Origin: an archaeon
GTDB taxonomy: Archaea > Iainarchaeota > Iainarchaeia > Iainarchaeales > CSSED10-239
Direction: 5' to 3'
Length of the DNA stretch: 8,636 nt
Assembly (NCBI GenBank): GCA_035387745.1
Contig: DAOOON010000016.1
Location: forward strand, 1,285 to 9,920
Under the pieces are notes generated by a model, which was not told where the DNA came from, did not search any database, and saw only the letters and a program-made list of their open reading frames with translations. Of the stretch, positions 1 to 4,926 are shown in pieces (the stretch's first letter is position 1; each line of letters starts with the position of its first letter). The position numbers were made by a program, and so were the translations under genes.

Positions 1-1029
1 AAGTCTTATTTCTAGAGATTCAGGAACAGTAGTTTTAGCATGATGCAGCGCTTCAATTACTGAAGCATAAGAGTCATCAATTCCTGTGTATTTTCCGCAA
101 ATACCGATCTTTATCTTTTCTGAATTATTATTTTCTATTTTAGTTACAGCTTCAATAAACTTATCAAATTCTTTATTTGTTTCTATATTTAGTTTTTTAG
201 AAATTAAAGTATCAAGGTTTTGGTTCTTAAAATTAATTGGAATCTCATAGATATTCTTAACATCGTTTGCTGAAATTATTTGTTCTGGAAGTAACCCGCA
301 ATTATCACATAGTTTATCAATTGATTTCTTATCAAGTATTCTTTTTGATCTACAAAGCAAAGCATCTGGAGTTATTCCTCTCTTGAAAAGTTCAGAAACG
401 CTGTTTTGCGCAGGCTTTGTCTTTTGTTCGCTACTTGGTGCAATCTCTGGAACATATGCTAGATGAATAAAACAAATATTTTCTTTTCCAAGTTTGTTTT
501 TAATGCCTTTTGCTGCAGCAATATAAAGTTCGTTTTCAAGATCTCCAACAGTTCCTCCAATCTCTAAAAGCACAAGTTCTGCTTTATTGTCAAGAGCAGT
601 CTTAAGTATTCTGTATTCTATATAGTCTGTGACTTCTGGAATTAATTTAACTGTTCTTCCTAAGAACATTCCGCTTCTTTCAAGGTCGATAATCTCTTTA
701 TAGATTTTCCCCATTGTTAGGTTTTGAGTGCCGTTACAAGAGATGTCCAGATACCTTTCATAATGCCCAAAGTCCATATCTACTTCTGTGCCATCATCAA
801 GCACAAATACTTCTCCGTGCTCTATAGGGTTCATGGTTCCAGGATCAAAATTAAGATAGCCGTCGCACTTAATAGGTATTTTTTTAAGATTCTTATCTAA
901 GAGAAGAGCAACACTAGAGGCAGATACTCCTTTCCCAAGTCCAGAAAGCACACCGCCAGTAACAACTACAAGCTTTAGTTTCTTTTCTTTTGCTAAATCA
1001 TAAATACCACTGATATCTTTATAGTCCAT
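1..1029 (-). CDS. pyrG: CTP synthase (PyrG), N-terminal 343 codons; the rest runs off the left edge
   Basis: Hand translation of the reverse strand from ATG (complement of 1027-1029) stays open to position 1. It is absent from the ORF track because there is no stop in the window. Translation: MDYKDISGIYDLAKEKKLKLVVVTGGVLSGLGKGVSASS...DGYLNFDPGTMNPIEHGEVFVLDDGTEVDMDFGHYERYL...EIGGTVGDLEN...EQKTKPAQNSV...GICGKYTGIDDSYASVIEALHHA. These match the hallmark PyrG synthetase-domain motifs (VTGG..S.LGKG, DPGTM.P..HGEVF, D.D.GHYER, GGTVGD, QKTKP.Q.SV, GKY...D.Y.S..EAL.HA). Confidence 0.93.
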   Translation of the reverse strand, partial: MDYKDISGIYDLAKEKKLKLVVVTGGVLSGLGKGVSASSVALLLDKNLKKIPIKCDGYLNFDPGTMNPIEHGEVFVLDDGTEVDMDFGHYERYLDISCNGTQNLTMGKIYKEIIDLERSGMFLGRTVKLIPEVTDYIEYRILKTALDNKAELVLLEIGGTVGDLENELYIAAAKGIKNKLGKENICFIHLAYVPEIAPSSEQKTKPAQNSVSELFKRGITPDALLCRSKRILDKKSIDKLCDNCGLLPEQIISANDVKNIYEIPINFKNQNLDTLISKKLNIETNKEFDKFIEAVTKIENNNSEKIKIGICGKYTGIDDSYASVIEALHHAKTTVPESLEIRL

Positions 1030-1062
1030 AATAATCACATTACAATTAGTTTAGAAAATTAT

Positions 1063-1081
1063 AATATAAACAGTTTATATT
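1063..1081. promoter_or_regulatory. 19-nt perfect palindrome AATATAAAC-A-GTTTATATT in the pyrG upstream region; candidate TATA element or operator
   Basis: The 9-bp arms are exact reverse complements around a single central A (1072). The site lies 34-52 nt upstream of the pyrG ATG on the minus strand and reads as a TATA-like box in both directions. Confidence 0.3.
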
Positions 1082-1120
1082 TGTTTTTGTCAATCGCCAG
1101 ATTTATATACATTTTTGCTC

Positions 1121-1132
1121 TTTAAATATATA
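1121..1132 (+). promoter_or_regulatory. TATA-like box (TTTAAATATATA), candidate promoter for the GC-rich RNA / tRNA-Ser(UGA) transcript
   Basis: AT-rich TATA-like element. A start site about 25 nt downstream would fall near 1150-1160, just before GC content rises at about 1177. Confidence 0.3.
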
Positions 1133-1176
1133 TTTGCGGCCAATTTGTTAGGTTGTTGTGTGAAAATAGTTAAATA

Positions 1177-1339
1177 TTGCGCTAGCCTAGCGAAACAGGT
1201 AGTTAACCAGAAGAAGAACTCCTACGAACTGGGCGAGTAGTTGTCGTGCATAGGCACGAAAGATATTGCGCACGAATTCACAGAAACAAAGTTTCTGGGA
1301 TGCCAAGAAATGCCTTTGGCATTTGTTCAGCACGCGCGA
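1177..1339 (+). ncRNA. Candidate structured non-coding RNA of unknown family (or a structured 5' leader of tRNA-Ser)
   Basis: About 47% GC across 1181-1350, versus roughly 20% in the other intergenic spacers of this window. Local hairpins: 1244-1249/1254-1259 (loop ATAG), 1281-1287/1291-1297 (loop AAA), 1301-1306/1316-1321. Possible closing helix 1177-1182/1334-1339 (TTGCGC/GCGCGA, one G-U). The only ORFs here (1187..1372 minus; the 5' part of 1246..1866) run through the tRNA gene and have no protein-like features. Strand and ends are assumed, not demonstrated. Confidence 0.3.
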
Positions 1340-1350
1340 AACCGATTCAT

Positions 1351-1433
1351 GCAGAGGTGGCGGAGTGGCCAAACGCGCCAGCCTTGAGAGCTGGAGTCGA
1401 AAGACTACGCGAGTTCAAATCTCGTCCTCTGCG
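1351..1433 (+). tRNA. tRNA-Ser, anticodon UGA (class II, long variable arm), no encoded CCA
   Basis: Manual cloverleaf. Acceptor GCAGAGG/CCTCTGC, discriminator G. D arm GCG..CGC with AGTGGCCAAA loop. Anticodon stem CCAGC/GCTGG with loop C-T-TGA-G-A (anticodon 1385-1387). Variable arm AGTC-GAAA-GACT. T arm GCGAG-TTCAAAT-CTCGT. Confidence 0.93.
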
Positions 1434-1438
1434 AATCC

Positions 1439-1456
1439 CTTTCTTTGTAAAGAAAG
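1439..1456 (+). repeat. Pyrimidine-arm-first hairpin CTTTCTT-(TGTA)-AAGAAAG immediately 3' of tRNA-Ser(UGA)
   Basis: CTTTCTTT (1439-1446) and AAAGAAAG (1449-1456) are exact reverse complements; 7 bp are usable with a 4-nt loop. It is one of three copies of the same inverted-repeat motif in the window (see 2191-2211 and 8588-8607). Confidence 0.35.
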
Positions 1457-1527
1457 CGATTTCATTCGGAAAGAAACACAAAATATACTCAAAGAAAAAA
1501 CAACTAAAAACTAACGATTTGATTATT

Positions 1528-1866
1528 ATGTCAGAAGAAAAGCCAATCATTACTTTTGATGAGTTTTCAAAGCTCGATATAAGGGTTGGAACAATTATAG
1601 AAGCAGAGAAGGTTCCAAATAGTATTAAGCTTATAAGATTAGTTATTGATTTTGGAGATTTCAAAAGGCAAATACTTGCAGGCATTGCAACCAAGTATTC
1701 TCCTGAAGATTTACAAGGAAAGCAGATACCAGTAGTAGTTAACCTTGCTCCTCGAAAGATGGCAGGGCAAGTTAGCCAAGGCATGATATTAGCAATAGGC
1801 GACGGAGAAGTAGAAGCGCTACTTCAACCAACAGAGAAAGTAAAAGAAGGCGGTTCAGTTCATTAG
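1528..1866 (+). CDS. Standalone tRNA-binding domain protein (Trbp111/CsaA/EMAP-II-like OB fold, COG0073 type), 112 aa
   Basis: Translation from ATG 1528: MSEEKPIITFDEFSKLDIRVGTIIEAEKVPNSIKLIRLVIDFGDFKRQILAGIATKYSPEDLQGKQIPVVVNLAPRKMAGQVSQGMILAIGD. This fits the pattern of the MetRS C-terminal/Trbp111 domain (DIRVG.I..AE..P...KL..L.VD.G...RQI..GI...Y.PE.L.GK.....NL.PRK..G..S.GM.LA). The supplied ORF start at 1246 would read through the tRNA gene, so the first ATG after the tRNA is used. Confidence 0.85.
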   Translation: MSEEKPIITFDEFSKLDIRVGTIIEAEKVPNSIKLIRLVIDFGDFKRQILAGIATKYSPEDLQGKQIPVVVNLAPRKMAGQVSQGMILAIGDGEVEALLQPTEKVKEGGSVH

Positions 1867-1875
1867 GTGAAAAAT

Positions 1876-2145
1876 ATGGATAAAGTCAAAGTAAATTATT
1901 TTATTGATGTGCCTTTGGCGCTATCATTTATAATTGTAGCAATTACAAGTTTAATATTATTTTTTTTCTTGCCAAGCGGAGTAAGGCAAGCAGGATATCA
2001 GATGTTCTGGGGATTAACAAAACACACATGGAGTCAGATACACACAATATCTGGTTTTATAATGATAATTTTATCCTTAGTTCATTTAATATTACATTTC
2101 AAATGGCTAACAACGATGTCAAAAACAATCTTTAAGAAAAAATAA
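1876..2145 (+). CDS. Small two-TM membrane protein with conserved His residues (DUF4405-like), 89 aa
   Basis: Two hydrophobic helices (FIDVPLALSFIIVAITSLILFFFL; IHTISGFIMIILSLVHLILHF) and a W..IH...G......VH...H..W pattern reminiscent of DUF4405. AGGTGA (1865-1870) overlaps the upstream stop and lies 5 nt before ATG 1876, so this ATG is preferred over the GTG at 1867 in the ORF track. The family assignment is from memory, not a search. Confidence 0.6.
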   Translation: MDKVKVNYFIDVPLALSFIIVAITSLILFFFLPSGVRQAGYQMFWGLTKHTWSQIHTISGFIMIILSLVHLILHFKWLTTMSKTIFKKK

Positions 2146-2156
2146 TATTTTTCTTT
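2134..2156 (+). terminator. Hairpin with the stop codon in its loop, ending in a T-rich run (candidate terminator / 3'-end structure)
   Basis: AAGAAAAA (2134-2141) pairs with TTTTTCTT (2148-2155), including G2136-C2153. The loop ATAATA contains the TAA stop (2143-2145). The 3' arm is a T-rich tract (TTTTTCTTT). Confidence 0.4.
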
Positions 2157-2190
2157 CCCAAACAATAAGTTTTCTTTGGGACTGAAAGAA

Positions 2191-2211
2191 CTTTCTTTTC
2201 TAAAAAGAAAG
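2191..2211 (+). repeat. Perfect 9-bp hairpin CTTTCTTTT-CTA-AAAAGAAAG ending 8 nt upstream of tRNA-Ser(GGA)
   Basis: The arms at 2191-2199 and 2203-2211 are exact reverse complements. Same motif class as 1439-1456 and 8588-8607. Confidence 0.35.
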
Positions 2212-2219
2212 GGCCTCAT

Positions 2220-2302
2220 GCAGAGGTGGCGGAGTGGTCAAACGCGCTAGCCTGGAAAGCTAGAGTCTCACGACTACGCGAGTTCGAATCTCGTCCTCTG
2301 CG
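2220..2302 (+). tRNA. tRNA-Ser, anticodon GGA (class II), no encoded CCA
   Basis: Manual cloverleaf. The acceptor (GCAGAGG/CCTCTGC, discriminator G), D stem and T stem are identical to the tRNA at 1351-1433; each loop differs at one base. Anticodon stem CTAGC/GCTAG with loop C-T-GGA-A-A (anticodon 2254-2256). Variable arm AGTC-TCAC-GACT. T loop TTCGAAT. A T-rich tract (CTTTTCTATTTTTTTA) follows. Confidence 0.93.
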
Positions 2303-2307
2303 CTTTT

Positions 2308-3366
2308 CTATTTTTTTATTTCAATTGTTTGTGTTGGATAAGCAAACTCAATATTTTCTTTTTCAAACTCTTTTTTAATTGTTGAGTTAATCTTATTTTT
2401 TATAGCCATATATTGATCATATTCTGCAGCTTTTATCCAATATACGACTCTTATATTTAAAGAAAAATCCCCGAAAGACTCAAAACCAATTACAATGCTG
2501 TCGTGTTCTATGTCTTTATTTTTAGTTAATGTGTTTTTTATAATTTCTTGGGCTTTCTGTATCTTTTTTTCTGCTGTTCCGTAAACTAAAGTAAGTAGGT
2601 AGTTTTCTCTTCTTGCGCGTCTTGCAGAAATATTTTCTACAGAGTTCGTAGAAAGTAATCTATTAGGTATAACAACAATAGTATTATCAAAAGTTCTAAC
2701 CTTTGTAGACCTAATGCCAATCTCTTCAACAGTTCCAAGGCCTTCTGAAGTTTTTAACGCATCCCCTACCTTAAATGGTTTTTCTATAAATATTGTAACT
2801 CCAGAAATTAAGTTTTCTAATATGTCTTTTGCAGCAAAGGCAATCGCAATACCGCCAATACCAAGGCCTGCAAGTAGTGCAGTCACATTATAACCCAGAT
2901 TAGATAGCACAAGCAAAAATGCAAAAGTAAACAATATAATTTTAATTAATGATTTTATAACCGGGATAATCTGATCATCATATTTAGATTCTGATTTTTT
3001 TGCACGAGGTTCAAAATAAACTTCAATTAAACCAATAAAGAACTTAATTAAAAATAAAGTTATAGCAAAGACTAGAAAAATAAAAGTTGCCTTATTTATA
3101 AAATTTTGTAATCCGGTTGTTGATTTTAAATATTTAAATCCAATATTAAAAAATATAATGAGTATTATTAATTTTATTGGCATTGGTTTAGACAGGATTT
3201 TAACAATAATATCGTCAATTTTATTTCTTGTATATTTTGTTAATTTTATAAAAATGTTTTTTACAATAAAAACCATCACCCAACCAACTACAAAACCTAG
3301 GGCAATAAAAAATAAAAACCACAAATAATTTTTAATTGTATTTCCAAATATAACTTGTTCTAACAT
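2308..3366 (-). CDS. mscS: Small-conductance mechanosensitive channel, MscS family, 352 aa
   Basis: N-terminal TM helices followed by the canonical MscS pore and beta domain: GIGGIAIAFAAKDILENLISGVTIFIEKPFKVGDALKTSEGLGTVEEIGIRSTKVRTFDNTIVVIPNRLLSTNSVENIS. The track start at 3378 is a TTG. The ATG at 3366 is preceded by GAGGG on the minus strand (complement of 3372-3376) at 5-nt spacing, so 3366 is preferred. Confidence 0.9.
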   Translation of the reverse strand: MLEQVIFGNTIKNYLWFLFFIALGFVVGWVMVFIVKNIFIKLTKYTRNKIDDIIVKILSKPMPIKLIILIIFFNIGFKYLKSTTGLQNFINKATFIFLVFAITLFLIKFFIGLIEVYFEPRAKKSESKYDDQIIPVIKSLIKIILFTFAFLLVLSNLGYNVTALLAGLGIGGIAIAFAAKDILENLISGVTIFIEKPFKVGDALKTSEGLGTVEEIGIRSTKVRTFDNTIVVIPNRLLSTNSVENISARRARRENYLLTLVYGTAEKKIQKAQEIIKNTLTKNKDIEHDSIVIGFESFGDFSLNIRVVYWIKAAEYDQYMAIKNKINSTIKKEFEKENIEFAYPTQTIEIKK

Positions 3367-3513
3367 GTTTTCCCTCAATATATATATATATTACTACAAA
3401 AGTATTAAAAGAGTTATTTAATAATCTTTCTGTTTTTTAAAAAATACTATTTATAAACCATATCCCCCAATAATATATATTATAATTATATACCATAAAC
3501 GGGGGTTAAAAAC
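3367..3513. promoter_or_regulatory. Divergent mscS/mscL intergenic region with TA-repeat/TATA-like tracts
   Basis: About 20% GC. Contains (TA)6 at 3379-3390 and ATATATATTATAATTATATA around 3473-3492. A GGGGG SD-like element (3501-3505) lies 8 nt before the mscL ATG. Individual promoter boxes cannot be assigned from sequence alone. Confidence 0.35.
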
Positions 3514-3819
3514 ATGGGAATTTTAAAAGAATTTAAAGAGTTTCTACAAGAATACAAAGTAATTGGCCTAGCTATTGCTTTTGTTATAGGTGCTGCAATT
3601 ACGGCTCTTGTTAAGTCTTTAGTTGACAACATCATCATGCCAATAATCGCACCATTGATACCAGGTGGTTCATGGAGAACAGCAATATTGACTCTTGGTC
3701 CATTCAAGATTGGTTGGGGCGCATTCTTAGGCGAATTTCTAAACTTTGTAATCATTGCATTTGTAATCTTTATGATTGCTAAGATGATTCTAAAAGAAGA
3801 CAAAGTTGCAAAGAAGTAA
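3514..3819 (+). CDS. mscL: Large-conductance mechanosensitive channel MscL, 101 aa
   Basis: MGILKEFKEFLQEYKVIGLAIAFVIGAAITALVKSLVDNIIMPIIAPLIPGG...FLNFVIIAFVIFMIAKMI aligns by eye with the conserved MscL layout (LKEFKEF....V.DLAV.V.IGAAF..IV.SLV.DIIMP, then F...FLI.AF.IF). Two TM helices and a Lys-rich C-terminus. Confidence 0.92.
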   Translation: MGILKEFKEFLQEYKVIGLAIAFVIGAAITALVKSLVDNIIMPIIAPLIPGGSWRTAILTLGPFKIGWGAFLGEFLNFVIIAFVIFMIAKMILKEDKVAKK

Positions 3820-4065
3820 ATGGAGACGACTAGTATGGAAAGACAACCAGTAGATGATAAAGACTCCAGAATGATTGGAAATCTAGTATCTATAGGTTAC
3901 GATTCAGATAATCAGGTATTAGAGGTCGAATACAAGTTAGGTTATATCTATCAATACCACAAGGTTCCAAAGGACGTCTACGAAAGGCTAATATCTGAAA
4001 GAAACAAAATAGAGTTCGTTCAGCAAAGAATAGCCAAAGTTTATAGAAACCAAAGACTAAAGTAA
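3820..4065 (+). CDS. KTSC-domain protein (small standalone protein, 81 aa or less)
   Basis: SRMIGNLVSIGYDSDNQVLEVEYKLGYIYQYHKVPKDVYERLISERNKIEFVQQRI fits the KTSC domain pattern (S..I..IGYD.....L.V.F..G..Y.Y..VP...Y..L...). ATG 3820 directly abuts the mscL TAA. An alternative start at ATG 3835 has GGAG 9 nt upstream, so the start is uncertain. Confidence 0.7.
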   Translation: METTSMERQPVDDKDSRMIGNLVSIGYDSDNQVLEVEYKLGYIYQYHKVPKDVYERLISERNKIEFVQQRIAKVYRNQRLK

Positions 4066-4095
4066 ATTACTTTGGTTTTTCTTTTTTTATTTTTT
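4045..4095 (+). terminator. Hairpin enclosing the KTSC stop codon, followed by multiple oligo-T runs
   Basis: AGAAACCAAAG (4045-4055) pairs with CTTTGGTTTTT (4070-4080): 11 bp with one G-U. The 14-nt loop contains TAA (4063-4065). T5, T7 and T6 runs follow up to 4095, typical of archaeal oligo-T termination signals. Confidence 0.5.
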
Positions 4096-4129
4096 AATCT
4101 ATTTTTGGCAGTATTGTATTTGTTTTTTC

Positions 4130-4152
4130 TGTTGTTATAAAAACTAACAACA
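4130..4152. promoter_or_regulatory. Palindrome TGTTGTTA-N7-TAACAACA; candidate operator (TrmB-family autoregulation?)
   Basis: Perfect 8-bp inverted arms (4130-4137 / 4145-4152) with a 7-nt spacer, ending 1 nt before the TATA-like box of the downstream regulator gene. Confidence 0.4.
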
Positions 4153-4162
4153 TTTTTAAATA
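4153..4162 (+). promoter_or_regulatory. TATA-like box TTTTTAAATA for the TrmB-like gene; implies a leaderless or near-leaderless mRNA
   Basis: The box centre is about 25 nt upstream of ATG 4182, and no SD-like sequence lies between them. Confidence 0.45.
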
Positions 4163-4181
4163 GTTTGTTTCAATTATATTT

Positions 4182-4913
4182 ATGCCACAAGATATTATTT
4201 TTAAGTTGCAAGAAATTGGGCTATCAAAAAACGAGTCCACCATATATCTTGAACTTTTGTCAAATGGCGAAGCTTCTGCAAACGAACTTTCTAAAAAGAT
4301 AAACTTTGATAGAACTCTTTGCTATCAGCTATTAAACAAACTTATAGAAAAAGGGCTAGTTCATTGCTATATAAAAAAAAGCAAAAAGATATTTAATATT
4401 ACAGACACCAAAGACTTGTTACTGTCAATTAGGAAAAAAGAACAAATCGCAGAAGAGCTGATTGATAAATTAAATCTTTTAAAAACAAAATCAAGTCACG
4501 AAGAACAGAATCTATTAATTTACCAAGGAGATAAGGGAATAGATGCTGTATTTACAGAATTACTTAAGGCAAAAGAAGTATATATCTTTGGAGGGGCCGC
4601 AAAAACCTTTAATAAGAAAAAGATGAACGAAAAATTAATTTCAAAATTAAACAAATTAAAAATAAAAGGAAAAGCAATAATCTCTGATCCTAAATCTTAT
4701 TCTGAATTGGGTTTTAATATTAAAGAATTAATGGTTAGAGAATTAAAAGGTATGAATAACACTGTTACAACAATTATTTATGGAAACAAAATAGGCATAC
4801 ACATTTTAGCAGACAATCCAATTGTAATATTTATTGATAATAAAACTGTTGCCAAATCCTACTTAGAGCATTTTAAAAATCTCTGGAATCAAGCTAAACC
4901 CCTAACAATATAA
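4182..4913 (+). CDS. TrmB-family (COG1378-like) winged-helix transcriptional regulator, 243 aa
   Basis: The N-terminus LQEIGLSKNESTIYLELLSNGEASANELSKKINFDRTLCYQLLNKLIEKGLVHCYIKKSKKIFNI matches the TrmB HTH pattern (GLS..E..vY..LL..G..ta.eia......r..vY..L..L...Glv). A coiled linker and a roughly 130-aa C-terminal domain follow, as in TrmB-like proteins. Confidence 0.85.
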   Translation: MPQDIIFKLQEIGLSKNESTIYLELLSNGEASANELSKKINFDRTLCYQLLNKLIEKGLVHCYIKKSKKIFNITDTKDLLLSIRKKEQIAEELIDKLNLLKTKSSHEEQNLLIYQGDKGIDAVFTELLKAKEVYIFGGAAKTFNKKKMNEKLISKLNKLKIKGKAIISDPKSYSELGFNIKELMVRELKGMNNTVTTIIYGNKIGIHILADNPIVIFIDNKTVAKSYLEHFKNLWNQAKPLTI

Positions 4914-4926
4914 ACTCAGATAACCG

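Noticed and set aside
1179-1188. A 10-nt identity (GCGCTAGCCT) with the D-stem/anticodon-stem junction of tRNA-Ser(GGA) at 2244-2253, considered as a tRNA fragment, split-tRNA half or integration att site
   Set aside because: By my rough estimate, about one 10-mer match between an 83-nt query and both strands of 8.6 kb is expected by chance. The flanks do not extend the similarity, and no integrase or other mobile-element gene is present.
1177-1339. Calling the GC-rich element RNase P RNA, 5S rRNA or SRP RNA
   Set aside because: It has only a weak ACAGAAAC (CR-V-like) string. It lacks the GGAAAGUCC CR-I / P4 partner, a 5S-type CCGAAC...AAGUUAAGC core, and an SRP helix-8 GGAAG/GNAR motif. It is too short for canonical forms of RNase P or SRP RNA. 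It is left as an unclassified candidate.
1187-1784. Supplied ORFs 1187..1372(-), 1266..1514(+), 1347..1784(-) and the 5' extension (1246-1527) of ORF 1246..1866
   Set aside because: All of them run through the tRNA-Ser(UGA) gene and/or lie antisense to the well-supported tRNA-binding-domain CDS. Their translations are low-complexity or Cys/Arg-rich with no recognisable motifs. They are open mainly because the locally higher GC content removes stop codons.
3464-3505. CCCCC (3464-3468) / GGGGG (3501-3505) pairing that could sequester the mscL SD
   Set aside because: The most TATA-like tract for mscL lies between the two arms. The upstream arm is therefore probably not part of the transcript, and 5 bp across a 32-nt AT loop is weak.
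3486-3803. 105-aa ORF antisense to mscL
   Set aside because: It fully overlaps the strongly supported MscL CDS on the opposite strand and has no independent signals or motifs.
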